Shown: positions 50,421 through 64,000 of the stretch, piece by piece
How the letters are laid out: every line of letters begins with the position of its first letter
Numbering within the stretch: position 1 is the first letter of the stretch
Assembly: GCF_000150275.1 (NCBI RefSeq)
Contig: NW_002060944.1
Span: 313,614-377,613 of the forward strand
DNA length: 64,000 nt
Source of the DNA: Trichoplax adhaerens
Taxonomy: Eukaryota > Animalia > Placozoa
Reading direction: 5' to 3'
Made by a program: the position numbers and the translations under genes
The notes under the pieces: generated by a model
What the model was told of the DNA's origin: nothing
What the model saw: only the letters and a program-made list of their open reading frames with translations
Database searches by the model: none

Positions 50421-53400
50421 TATTAACACCTATAATATTCATTTAATAATCAATATCTATCCATTAGCAACTAATGGTAAATAAAATCAATACAGTATCA
50501 CGGACATCACTCCGTGACACTTCCATATCAATTGATTTGAATATTACTTTCCGTCTAGCTGGTTGATTAAAATATCTTACCGTCCCAACCATAATTTTAA
50601 ACTGATTTTACGCCCTCAACAGGACCATTTAAAATCGTTTTTAGAATATAAGGTAATGGGTTAAAGGGCTATTGTAATTTAAAATCTTAAACCGCTTTCA
50701 ATTATTTGCTCACTTCACTGATCATAAGTTCGACGACGAATTAATAGTTAAATGCATAGAAGAATATTTCTAGTAATTAGACTTGTTGTTTAGAAGTGGC
50801 GCATAACTCTAATTTAAGCTTAGCAATTCAACAGTATTTTATTTTCAAGTTATGAACGTTAGTTTAGATGATAAAGTGCTCAATATCGGAAAGGTATAGA
50901 CTATTGATTAAAATTATATCTACTAGCATATTGCTATGATAAGTTACGGCAAAATAATCTATTGACGATTGATAAATAAATGGATGCATAGGAGCATTGA
51001 ACTTCGGTGGGCAAGAAGAATGTTTTTTAGCCCAAAATGTCTCCATAAATTGTGCCCTACTATAGCTTTATCATATTTTTCCTTACAGAACAAAGTTTAT
51101 GCTACTATTTGCACGCATGTTACAATGAATTAAAGATAGATGTTCTTCCAGTACTATCAAAGATATGTAAATAAGCAAACATTAAGTGTAGGATTTACCG
51201 ATACGCTACATTCTAATTTGCTATATTTAATATCATGACAACTTATAATTTAAGTGTTGGTATCACATATTAATTAATAAGGATCATTAGTTTGGCTGTA
51301 TAATTATGAAGAGCAATCTGCCTGAATCTAAGAATCTGACTTGCCTTTAATAGTACCAGAAAAATCTTGGTAAGCAGCGTAAGTTTAAAGCCATTCTATT
51401 TTACTAAAATTACGAAATTTGCGAAACAATCTTGTTACAGATCTATATTATTGGAGACTTTGATATCAAATTCATGGCTAGAGCAAGATGATAACTACTA
51501 TTGAACTCTTTGTTTTCTCTCCAATCTTAGTATGTAGCATGCTTTGTATAGACATGAAATTATACCGATAGTGAACATTGTAAGTGCAACCGTTAACGAT
51601 TAACTTTTGCATACCTGTCGTAACATAGATTTATAACATAATTTATCTTGGAATCTATTTACATTCCGTTATCTATAACATTTTACATATTTTTAATAAA
51701 TAACTGCATAGTTTTATAATATTATCTATAAGCTGATATATAATTAATGTTTTTATCGATTCACTATAAATTGACTGTCTTTTTATAAAGTTTGGGTTCA
51801 GTTATGTCTAAGAGACGCTGATAGTGCTACTGTTCCTACTGACGATAGGAGATCGTCAGTATGTACTGTCGTACTTTAAGTTAATGTCCGGGAGAAAAAA
51901 CTTGATAGTAGATTCGTAGTATGATTTTCTATAATAGTTTGACTTTTTTATGTTACAAATTTCGATTTGTAACTGCAATTCAAAAGATCGTATAGGTTCT
52001 TAAATTTAAATTTAATAAATAAATATTATGGAAAATGTTTTCTATTTTGCTACTTCTACTACCTGTTGCAATATATTTAATTTTCAAAATTAACATATTT
52101 TATCATTTTTTCGCATAATATTTTATATAATTGTTACAAATCTCCTTTGTTACTAGAAAACGGGTCTTAAACACTATCTTCACTAGTACTCGTGTTCCCA
52201 ACTAACTTAGGGACCTATCGTAGTTGAACTAACTCTCGACTAAACAAATAAGCTACTAATGAGTAATAGGTTTAAATTCTTCACTTTATTTTCGTTAATC
52301 TTAGTCGTAAAATGTACTACAGAAAAACGTAAGAATATTCTTAGCAATAATAGTCAAAAGATCCTGCAAGTGACTAACTGTAATTGAGCAGCTAGGCTAG
52401 TGCTCGGGTTTTATAGTCTCGGCCAACGCCGATGGTGCACTTGTGAATATTCTTGACAAAGCGACTTACACTGTACAGCATACATATCCTAGTATAGGAG
52501 CTCAGTTTGAAGAAGTTAACATAGATCAGTATAAGTCAACGCTAGTTAACATTAAATGAATTAATGAGCCAACTAGAGCCTCAAGGCTCTGCAAAGTAAT
52601 TGCACCTTACACTTAAGGTGTTATTAATTAACGTTTACTGACTAAGCGTGTTAGCTACAAGCAGAGAAAATGAACTGTTTGAAGCCGTTTGTTAATATAA
52701 TAAAGAATTTTGCAGGTGTAAAAGTGTGTATAATTTCAGTTTTGTAATTCACTTCATGAATGTGAATACATACAAAGCTGGCATCGTTAACGTTGCAGAA
52801 TGTTCTACTAGTCATGTATCTATTTATGTCATATTTTATGCACTACCAGTTAGACGTTCAATTGCTACTTACAAAACTATTAATATTGAAGAAACACAGG
52901 TAGAATAGGGTTCAAATATCAACGACTGCTTCATTTAGTTACGCTTGATTTGTGTAAATTCAAGTGTTATATAGTTTTTAAAAATTATCGTAATGGAATA
53001 GATTTATATAAATATAATACAATTATCAGTAAAATAATAGAATGATTTTTCTATTACCGACAAAAATATTTATTTGAAATTATTTATAATTCTTGAAGTT
53101 ATTATTGAGTCTGTAGATTGTAAGTATCTTAAGCAGTGATTTATTAGTCATCGTAATTGAATTACTTGTAATATAACATGTAATCTTTTTTAGGTATAGT
53201 GTGAATACATGCAGTGGAAACAAGATCCGACATATCGATACTTAGGTTATAAAGCTGTAACCCTAACCTTTTCTGAGTAGATGTTATTCCGTTGAGATGG
53301 TATATCCTAGATTTAGCGTTAGATTCTCGAACATACAGTATATGCCCTTGAATATGTTTATGCCGGCTACTACTATCGTAAGCAATAGAAAGAGTTGCGT

Positions 53401-56400
53401 TCCGTTGATTGTTGCTACCTGCTCGAGTCTTGCCACCTTTACAGTTATAGTTTATCAGATACAATGTGACTGTATATTACATTTTAGACATGTTAAGCTA
53501 TGATGATAGAATTAGTAATCTTACAATGACAATAAACTAGGTTTCTATCTTCAATCTATGTTGATTTATTGAATCTTAGCTTAAAGTAGAAAGCTATAGC
53601 TTGTGGTAGAATATCATTTTGCTAAGAAAGAAATCCTTCAGTTCTTCATTTTTAGATATCCAACCAACCTATTTATATCGAAATTGTTTATCTTGATGAA
53701 GCTTCCGTAATACCGCCAAAAATTTAATACGTCGCTTTGTGCGCAAATTTAAATTTCCTTAAGAATCGAAATGTTCTCAAATATAAACACTATTAGCCCC
53801 TTAATACATTTATATTCACAAACGTTGCTTATTCTATTTTAATTAATCTTGAATGTAAAGTACATAAATTTCGTTAATATAGTATTATTTCAACCAACAT
53901 TCTCAGAGTCAGCGAAAGAGTAATGTTAATGGGATGTTTAACTTGGTAACAATTGCAGATTAGATTGACTTTGTCGGTAATACTGAAGAAAACACAAAAA
54001 AGTATACGTGCAACATAAGTGAAGTTAATTGCGATCTAGCAATCAAAATTTCAAGATCTGGTACAGTAAGTAGTGGGACTTTGTTAGTATTAACTCATTC
54101 CTAAATAAATGGTCTACATTTAATCCAAATGGCATGCTACTAAATCGGATTGATGATACCATGAAAGGCTGACAAAAACCAGAATGTTCGTTAATACTTT
54201 TAGGCGTAATTTCAGTAACCTGATTGACACAGTAGAAGACAACTAGACTGAGTACGGTATCTGGTCTAAAATAATTTTTTATCTTAAAATCGGTTAGTAG
54301 TCAAGTTAAGGGTACATTTTAAGAAGGATATCCCGGAAAATAAATAACTTGTGATAGCATGCTCAAAAGAGTCTTTCTATGCGTCAAAGCTCGGCCATTG
54401 GCTACTAGGTGCATCTAATGATGAATGGCTCAGCATTACTTGTACTTGATGCAATGCGATTTATAAAGTATCAAAGGAAAGTTGTAACATGTATAAGGAA
54501 AAATCTCCTTTTTATTGAAAACCCTCAGCCTGTTGGATAGCAGATAGGGTTGCGTTGTAATTAACGTAGTGACTACCATAGAATACGTATTTGTGTTACA
54601 ATATCTATATGACGAAATACAAATTAACATAATAACGTCTATCTCGAATAATATCAACACGACAGCTAATTTTAAGGCATACCGGCTATTAACAGCAATT
54701 CTATTTTCAGTTCCAATCAATTTATTTTACTATACCAAACTCAAATATTTATTATCGGGTTAATTACGCTTAAGAAATTATATCTACGGTCACGGTCGGT
54801 AGATCCTTTCTTCCACTACCAGGTTAAGGCGCATAAGTCGCGATCGCAATTTAGTCTATTATTAAACCAAAGTCATAGGCCTGATGTTTATTCCTGCATG
54901 AAGTATGGAGTAGACAGTATGTGTCGATATCAACAGATTAATTTTCCCGTTAATTTAAGGCAATCATGAAAACAATATTAAACAATGCTGTAAAATATAA
55001 ATAAAATATCCGTAAGGGTATCGTACATTTGAAAAATGTACGAGATCAATATTGAATTGTTTAGGTGTAACAGGTCATACCAAAGAATATTATTTTTAAG
55101 GGTAAACTTTAAGTTCATGCCTTAAACCGTTGCTTTATTGAAGACGCGATTTACAAATGTGTTGGGCATATTTAGACAGTAAACTTACTAGTTTATCTAC
55201 TTGCTAACAATCATAGATCGAGTTTATATTGATCACTTTTACTCGCTATTAGCTCATGCTTATGTCCTATAAAAGGAGTCCACAGAATTCACTATATGAA
55301 CATGGTAATAAAAATGAAATAAAAATGAAAAAAAATAAATAAAAATGCATTATGCATGACCTCAAGCGATAGTGTGAATGTTGCAGCTGTTACGGTAAAG
55401 GATTGATGACTGTGTTTTTAGAACTGCTAGTATATATTCCCTATAGTCGATATTACCAAAAGAGATCAGATTATACTAGAAGCTGTGAAGATTTCTTGTA
55501 AAATTTTGACAAATTCTACATTTTTCATCTGATGCTTGTAAACGTACCACATATAAGTTGAATAAAATATATTAACGGAGTACTTTACAAAGGATACTGC
55601 AGTTAAGTCCTTTTCTTTAGACTCATACTTCCAAAAATTTACTATAGATTATTCATGACAACGCTAATTAATAACATTTACATATTAATATTATTTATTG
55701 TATATAGCTAGGCTTTCAATTAACTCCTTACAAGCTAACAAACGAATATCAATTATGTCATTTAATTCATCACTCGATATTTATGCATACTTACATCTTG
55801 AAAAAAAAGAAATCGAGCAAAATTGAGGCAGTATTTCTACAAGGCCGTATAACTGCGGTGAATAAACATACACATTAGGCAAACTCGTAATGAGATACTT
55901 TTCCTTGCGATAAATAACAGTTTATAAGATAACGAATAACGCCGACATTCTATCGTAATACAAAGCAGTTGCAACTTTCTAGATACTCACTTGTACTACC
56001 TAAAATTCTAGCTGCAATATTTGCACACGTAGCTTGTGTAAGTTATAGTTTAATTTTAAATGGAGTACATGTATATTTTAATGCAAAGCAATCGTAAATT
56101 TGCTGTATCTTGGTCAGACTACCTAAAATTTTAGATCTATGTAGGAAAACTAGATTATATTGAGGCCCCAAGTAAATAAGATAACAGATTAGTGGTGTTC
56201 GGTATACCCTATTATGTGTTAGGGGCCTCGCAGACAATTATCCATTGATAGAGGTAAAATATCATTGGTCAGCGTGGTGTAGTAATTAATAGTATCTAGC
56301 TTTGCCAGGAAATGATGGAATTATACTGTATGATATTCTGGGATTCGCGTTAAAATTGTCCCCTTTACTAAGAACTCTTACAAGCACAGATATACATTTT

Positions 56401-58239
56401 TGAGGTCTAGTTATACTAATTTATATTCAAAGTTGACGACAATAAGCTGAGACACGATATCTTTTGTATAAAACTTAGTTATTCATATTTAGCAACTTTC
56501 CTTGATAAAATGTATCACTGGCTGTTACGGCACTACATTGCCTAAATTATAGAGTTTGAGAAAGTATTATTGCTGACAGTGTTTCTGTGTTATAATAGGC
56601 GTTATAGTAGCAGTAATTCATTCTTACTAAATCTTTCGGCAGATTAGGGTAGTAATCTGTAGAAGAACTCAAAGTAAGTGCTTTGCGTACGACTAGTAAA
56701 CTTGTCATGAAGTAGTCCTTGACATCGGCATATTTCTAATTTCTGTAGTACTTCTGCCAGCATACTCACATTACGCTTGATAAACTCCTGAAGTATCTTA
56801 TTAGAAGAATTTTAGCAGTTTGTCTATGTCACGGTGCGAACCATCGTGAAGAGTAAATGACTAAATTTAGTGTTTAACATTTATATATGGAGATCACTAA
56901 TAATGACTTACAGTAAGAACTACAGTAGTTATTATTTTGTTACAGTGAATTATGCTGTCTTGTAGTAGTAGTTCTCATAAGGTAACTAATATTAATTGAT
57001 AATAGTGTTATATCTTGTAAAGCTTGTGATGAATATCCTGAAGATATTCAATTATAGATAATACTATAAATAATTCTGTGTGTGGACATACTGTATCCTA
57101 ATTATCTAGAATCGTTCTGTACAAGTCTAAAATTATGAATAATGTATTTATTAATTTAGCTATCCGATATGAGCTAAATTTCATGAACTGTTATGACTCA
57201 TACGTGATAGCTACTGCCAAAGGGTATTTAAGCTTGGCAGATAGTTAAATAAAAGAAGAATTTTATAGTTGTTTTAACGTAGAAGCAAAGGCGTCTAAAT
57301 TCTTGTGAGGTAGTTAAGGGACACTGAATCCCGGATTTGTTTTACGTTATCTTTGTCGCGAAGTTGGTTTGTGACAGTCTATTATTCTAGTTCTGTAATA
57401 AATTATATTTATTCATGTGATTCTATATAGATGCAGTAATTGACTATTGTAAAGTAGTTAAATATGAAGATTCTACTGAGTGAGTTCTCGTTCAAACGTT
57501 TAAAGCGGTTGTTACAATAAAGTATTTAAGATAAGAGTATATTACAGAAAGATCTTATTATGTATCATTGAGAGTTAGCTGTTGTATTTCTTACTATTCG
57601 TTTTTGCTCCTAAGTGTAACAATTTCGATTTGCAACATGGATATAATCATGTTTGTATTAGTGGAAGTAGATACGGGGTAGATGGATCTCTGGGAATACA
57701 TACTGTACTAGCAATATTGCTTTTATGAGTTAAAAAATGTTAAATTTGCAGCCTGCCATAAGATAGTGAAAGATTGAAACTTTGACGGTATTATTCTAAT
57801 TGGGTCAAGTCCTAATGTTGACATCCTCGCATATGAAGTAAAACACCTAAGTAACAAAGCGTCACAATAGCCATAGAAAATAGGTTTGCAGGCAAGTTAG
57901 CAATCATTACTACCTTAATTTTATAATACAAAAACTGCCCAGTTCTTAAGCAATAAATAAATTTTTATTAAGTAATCAATCTAGTTAAGACAGCACAAAA
58001 ATTCCCTGATTAGGATATTTGATAAGTATATCGCAGTTTAAGGATACTAATAGATTCAGATCAAAGACGTTTACATTGTTTGAAATTCTAAGGCAATATA
58101 ATTCATCGAGGCTGTAGTATAATTAGTCTACAAACTCACTATATGATTATAGTAAGTTACTCATATCTAAAAATCCTCGTTTTGTCTTCATGGCGACGTG
58201 ATATCTTATAAGAGATAATTGTAATATTATATATGAGTG

Positions 58240-58455
58240 AAAGTGTATTATTCATTCTAGTATCTCATGACAAAAAAATAATATTGAAGAATACTGGTTA
58301 TGTTGAATTTTATATCTAGAAATTGTCATTTGTCTATATAGCTAGATAATACCATATAATAAACGATTTTAATATTGTATACAATTGAAAATGTATCATT
58401 CATTTCTGAGTCTCATGACAAAAAATAATAATTTTGAAAAGTACTAGTTATATTT
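58240..58455. repeat. Short degenerate direct duplication (~65 bp, ~147 bp apart)
   Basis: tctcatgacaaaaaa.taat..tgaa..tact.gtta at ~58263 and ~58411. Confidence 0.6.
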
Positions 58456-59660
58456 TACTTGGCACAAAATTTGTAGCTATTTGTAATGAGCTAGTATTTA
58501 GAAGTTAACTTTGTTCTTATCCAAACTAATGGCAACTGTTAAGTGGAGTATGCAGGCAAAGTTTTAATGCCTATAGCGCTGTTGCTGATGGTAACTGTTA
58601 TTGCACACAGATGCGGATGAAATATTTATTTGATTTTTATCATAGGAATTTAACCGTGAAGTATATTGCAAATTCTATCAAATAACATAATGACTACTAT
58701 ACAGACGAACTTCATTAAGGTCTGTAGAATAATATACATTTGAATTAACAATTTTACATTTTCCATTAACGATTAGAGCGATATAAATTTAATGATGACA
58801 ATAATTGCTACAGTTTAAATTGAGTTTATTCGACGCAAGAGCAGCTGAAATCGATTTTTTTAACTAAAAATTTCTTAATTACGTAGAAAATATGAACTAT
58901 AAAAGATTTTCTCTTTACAAACAGTGTACAGTTAAGTCGTTTTCTTTATTAAACGTATGAGGCATGACAGAGGTTTGAATAATTAGCCAATGCTAAGAAA
59001 TTTTGCTAATTACTTAAATAGCCTTCAATATTGCTATAAAATAATACAATTATAGAGACAGATTTCAACCACATACAAAATAGAATTGTTTGTTTGCTCT
59101 ATTAATCAATTTTCCTTTAGGACTTTATTACTAATCCCAAATTTAAATTTATCCGCTTCAGTAGTAAGTTTCTGCCATGCTCAAATATTTTAACTTTATT
59201 AAAATTTTTGAAATCATCAATGTGGATTCATTTTCTTTTTAATGATATCTATTAGACACTGATCTGAAGAATGATTCTATATATAAGACTACTAGAATGA
59301 ATATTTTCTATTACAAGGTACAAGTTATTGATACTTGAATATTCATAACAACTTCAATGAAAGCTTAGAGAATAGATAAGGATAAAACTAGACACAGCTG
59401 GTAATAGATTGAAATAAATAACCTTAAAGGTATAAAAATAGTTCACTTCACGACTACATAATAGCCTCAGAATGGATAAAAGTTTTTGTATAGGTAACAA
59501 AGAAAATCTAGTTATAAAGGTTATGATTATTTCGTGTAGCCTGCATAAATTACGAAAACAGGCATAACCATCTTTCGCTTTTTAAATATTTCAGTAATTC
59601 GCTCGTTCTTTCAATGATCTTAAACTTCGTTTAGCTCTGTAAAATACTCCGATAAACTGA

Positions 59661-60641
59661 ATGGCAAGTAATCAGTCTGATCTAAATTTGGCATTAAAAA
59701 ATTTATCCTTTCCTTTAATTTATGTCCGCATTACAATCGCTACGGCAGGTATTATAAGCTTTATTAGTTTATTCGCCAACCTATTTCTTGTTTATGTCGT
59801 TATAAAAAATAAAGACATGAGAACAGCATCGTATTTTGGACTAGTAAATTTGGGCATTTCCAATATTTTTATGGCAATAATATATCCAATAACGTCCATT
59901 ATTATTTACTTAGCCTATTTCGCCTTGATAGATGTAAGTGTGGGTGTTAATGTGGCTTGTGGTTTTTGTGTACCGGCGGTTGTTTCATGTGTTATCGTTG
60001 CTAATGGATCTTTGGCATTTATTGCTGTGGAAAGGTGTTGTATGATAACTAAATCAATCACAAGAAGTAGTTACATATCACAACCTAAGGCTATTCTAAC
60101 TTTATCTGCTATTTGGGTAATTGCCATCTTGCCAAATTGGCCTCGTGCAATACTAACTATTGATGAGACTTCTCTAGAAACTTGGTGCTTGCTGTACACA
60201 AATTCGATCGCAACGCGGACATCTTTGCTCACGTTCAGTAGTGTGGCAATTATCTTACTTTTGATAATCGTATTAATTTGTCATATTCTAATCAGTAAGC
60301 GATTAAAGATTCATCAGAAAACTATTAAATCATGGAATCGTATATCAGTGAGAGCTATCAATACTAATGAAATTAGAACTACTTCAATACTACGAATTGA
60401 CTACTCTCTGGCCTTGCTGCGCAAAGTAACTATTTTGCAGTTTATTTTTGATTTGCTGTGGCTGCTAAGTATTTACGGAACGGTACTAGGTCATGCGGCA
60501 AGATTTAATTCCAACTTTGTTGGATTGATGTACAATCTGCAATATTTCGCTGTTATATTGGCAGGACTACAAAGTCCTATTGCACATTTTATCGCTATAG
60601 AAAGGTTTAGAATAGAGTTCATGCGATGTTGTAAATTTTAG
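59661..60641 (+). CDS. Single-exon rhodopsin-like (class A) 7TM GPCR, divergent orphan, 326 aa
   Basis: Seven hydrophobic segments; TM1 AN, TM2 NLGISN, TM3 Cys and IAVERC (DRY equivalent), TM4 W..P, ECL2 Cys (TWC), TM7 SPIAHF, helix 8 RFR.EF and terminal CC. Confidence 0.9.
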   Translation: MASNQSDLNLALKNLSFPLIYVRITIATAGIISFISLFANLFLVYVVIKNKDMRTASYFGLVNLGISNIFMAIIYPITSIIIYLAYFALIDVSVGVNVACGFCVPAVVSCVIVANGSLAFIAVERCCMITKSITRSSYISQPKAILTLSAIWVIAILPNWPRAILTIDETSLETWCLLYTNSIATRTSLLTFSSVAIILLLIIVLICHILISKRLKIHQKTIKSWNRISVRAINTNEIRTTSILRIDYSLALLRKVTILQFIFDLLWLLSIYGTVLGHAARFNSNFVGLMYNLQYFAVILAGLQSPIAHFIAIERFRIEFMRCCKF

Positions 60642-62674
60642 GGAAGTGCTATTAATGGCGATGAATTTTAAAGCAAATTGTATGTCAGGATTTAGATTAA
60701 AATTACAGTTGCTGTTTGATTAATATAATTCATTATAACATAATATAATGCAGAAAAATTTATAAGGTATAGTGTGAAAATAATTTCTGTAAATAAATAT
60801 TGAAATAAAGACTTGGGAGTAAAAGTGTCAAACTCTTATTGCGCATCACTCGTCATAATCAAACCAGCTATTTAATACTTTCTCATGCTTAGGGGAATTC
60901 ATCCGATACGTCGTTAATAAAGCCAAAATTTTTCGCTCTTTTTAATTCTGCAATGCATTAATTTATTTGCTGAAAAGAGCATTTCAATAATTGCAGGTTT
61001 GTAGTACTTGATAAATAGTAACATTGTATTTATGACAAGATAAGTTTAAAAGATTGAATGGATCTATTCGAAGCAGCATAAAGAATTAAAAGACTTCTAC
61101 GTCCGTTAACCGCAGCATATTACCCAATTGTCACTTAGAATAAGCTACTTTTAATGATTACATCAGATAGTTTCAATTTCACTTTGACAAATTTTTCACT
61201 TAATATTTAAAATATTAACGAAAGAGCACTATTTACGAATGTCTCACGATATTAAATCCATGCTATTTCATATAGCAATATACACGACATGCCTAAAATA
61301 CTGACTTATAAAACGTTCGCTATAGTCTATTTATTATGTTTACGAAATTTACGACCTTTTCCATGGATCAATCAAGTAAATATAGACCTTAAAATAGTAA
61401 AGCCATGATATCTATTTCCTTTTGTATAGTACAAATGTAAATAAACTGGCATATAATCCCTTGGCTAATTTAAAGCCGTAATTAAATCAAATCAAATATT
61501 TAAATTATATTAAGGCTATTATTAATAGCAATTATTTCTAACATTGAGCATGGCAAAATATAAGCATGAGGTAAGAACTAACATATGATTTCGCACATTT
61601 TATTAAATGATACCAATTTGTTATACAAATTTTCTCATGTAATTAACGAATCAAACCACGGATTATGCCAATTGCCTAACTACAAGCTATTATGTAATTA
61701 TTTACATATACCATAATTAGTTTGAGTAGTAATTCATACTGCTTTGATAAAATTTTTATTACGGTGCTTTCTATCATAAATTAAATCTACGATATATACT
61801 ATGAGTTCCCGAATTAATCGGCTATTATACTATTTTGACACAATTTTATGTAATAAAAATGCTTATAAAGTGTGTGTCTAGACTTTCCGGACACCTCTCT
61901 ACTGCATGGCGACTTCTAAACTGTCCAACAACGTATTACTATACAGTTTTAAGGCGCATGCACATAATAGTAATGTTGTAATTGAATATAGTTAACTTTA
62001 TATATGAATAACTAAATATACTGAATTTAATTCAATAGGGAAAATTAATAAAATACAGAAATAGAAATTATAATTAATTACAATTCGCACCTTATGTGCA
62101 CGTATAAAACAATTAATTGAGGACAAAAAAATTGCGCAGGTGCAAATCCTAAGATCAATAGATACTACTCTGCACCAGGACAGGATTAAAATTATATTAG
62201 AATCTAGTAAATATTGCTTGCTTTTAATTCAACTTACAATTGGACAAGAAACATATCTTATTCAGAACTCTCAACATTAGATGCAAGAAAGTTTATTGAT
62301 TGTAGATGAAAAGTACGATGTCAGGGACTAGCATAGTCTTTAGATATAAGTAATAATTTATTATATTGTAAAAATCAATAATAATATATTATTTTTATTG
62401 ATATTAAAAAAATTTAGTGTTCGTGCGTGAATGATATACTGTCTGTATGGCAAAGTTCTTTCAATGGTCTTTTGTGCATTGGCGCTATTTCTATACGAAC
62501 TAGCTTTCATTGATTAGTTTTTTCTGTAACATGGTGCTATTTTTGTTTCTTAATTGACTTAGTATTTAATATTGGTACAAATACGAAAGACCACCAGTTG
62601 AAATCGCTCATTAAAAGCACTCAATCAAAGTCAGTTTCACCTGTAGGTTCCAATCATCATTGATTTGATTCCAG

Positions 62675-63089
62675 ATGCCTCTTGAAGCTCATCTTCATCG
62701 AATTGTTTTAAAATATAAAGCTGAATTATTGGACTATTTACCAGGCCGGATATTCTATTCGTGCTTACAACATAAAGATCCAGTATTAAGCTACTTGTGG
62801 ATTGAAATTGATCGATCAAAAAGCAATGCCGACACTGGAAAGTCCGCTATAACACAAAATAAAAAAATTCTCGATTCTATTTACAATCAGACTCTAAGTG
62901 TTAACGAAATATTAATTAACAAATTGCTCGATGGAACTGAGGATCATTTTGTTCTATTCTATAAAACTTTGCAAGTACAAAATCATTCTATGTTAATCGC
63001 TCTTGGAGAGAAGTTAGAAGCCGAAGCAAAATCTTATTCAACCAAAATTGCTGGCATAATGAACAATCACATTGTTCCAACAAAGCAAG
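62675..63089 (+). CDS. First coding exon of a CARD (death-fold) domain protein; gene probably continues beyond the window
   Basis: HRIVLKYKAELLDYL (helix 1) and NEILINKLLDGTEDHFVLFYKTLQVQNHSMLIALGEKL resemble APAF-1 CARD helices (AMLIKMILKKDNDSYVSFYNALLHEGYKDLAALL). Donor caag|gtaaaa at 63089; possible next exon 63431-63461. Confidence 0.7.
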
Positions 63090-64000
63090 GTAAAACGCGT
63101 ATCTATAAAATGATTTTAAAACCAATTTTCTTATTAGATAGGTCTCAAATCATTTGCCTTATGATTCTGTGAAATAGTTGCTTATTAGAATGATAATTAA
63201 TCAAGAAATATTCAGAGTTAGCTTTACAGAATCATTTAAATTAATATTATAATTAAGGGTTGGTGATTCATGCACACGGTTGATATTTTCTCACAATTTC
63301 AGTTCTGAAAATAAAGTAGTTATGGTATCTGATCACAAGACCAACTATTGAGACTAGAGTCTTTGTCTTATTGTATTTCCCTCAATTTCCGCTGTAAATA
63401 TTTTTATTGAATTTAATATAAAAAAATTAGGGGAATTGTATGATCATTTTTATTTACTAAGGTAAGGTGCTTTATTGAATGCAAAAATATCGATCTAAAT
63501 TATACTCCTGTTACATTAGTCAGGCGATATGACTTAGAAATAGCTTCTTTATATTAGAGTTTTTACTTATATGTATTCTAGAAAATCTGTCCATTCAAAT
63601 TAAAATTGGGATTTGAAGGTTATGATTGCTATCACTCAATACTATTGAAATCCGTTAGCCTATGACAAGAATGAGTTATTTTCTTGCGATTATAGTTTAA
63701 AAAAGTCATTACTTAATCTGATTAAAGATGTGTTTATCTGCAGACAAATTTACGGCACAAAAATCTACATGATTACATGGAAACACTACTCTTATTCGTT
63801 TCGTATCAAATTTTAATGATGGTTATTGTAGTTTAATAGTTTAAATTTGCGTGATTTCTCATTTTTTAAATATTCCAAATTTATGCATCTCAGAAATTGA
63901 TAATATTTATCTGCCGTTACTTTAGACGTTACATCTGCTGTGTTCCTGCTATATTTAGTAGTTTGATATAGAATGTTGGTATTATTAGATAAATTAAATA

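Noticed and set aside
51838-51860. 9-bp-stem hairpin (actgacgat-aggag-atcgtcagt) as a Helitron end or terminator
   Set aside because: No following CTRR or T-tract, and it is isolated.
56290-56380. Minus-strand RVLSKGDNFNANP resembling the Penelope-element LSKGLNF motif
   Set aside because: Too short and interrupted by stops; no RT or GIY-YIG remnant found nearby.
50500-59600. Short ORFs (60-100 aa) in the long intergenic stretch
   Set aside because: No recognisable motifs or consistent splice chains; expected by chance.

Overview
AT-rich eukaryotic (animal) genomic scaffold with short GT-AG introns and four assembly gaps. The gene complement (intronless 42-aa TPR protein, intronless divergent rhodopsin-like GPCR, APAF-1-like gene) resembles an early-branching animal such as the placozoan Trichoplax; this is inference only. 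Contents from left to right: (1) a multi-exon APAF-1-like gene (winged helix, helical domain 2, WD40-like region; ~1.0-8.3 kb). Its last propeller exon ends in phase 2 and is followed by about 60 symmetric phase-2 micro-exons, mostly 39-66 nt and all multiples of 3, encoding an acidic low-complexity tail of roughly 1000 aa that the ORF track misses entirely. (2) A ~8-kb second copy of the distal part of that array, partly an assembly overlap and partly a diverged allele or paralog. (3) A repeat-rich block containing a Polinton/adintovirus-type double-jelly-roll capsid fragment and a second virus-like ORF. (4) Two divergent TCTP paralogs, one a pseudogene, flanking a TPR gene. (5) Degenerate tandem repeats holding a solo LTR with a 5-bp target-site duplication. 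(6) A GPCR and the first exon of a CARD-domain gene. All exon models were read by eye and need RNA-seq confirmation.
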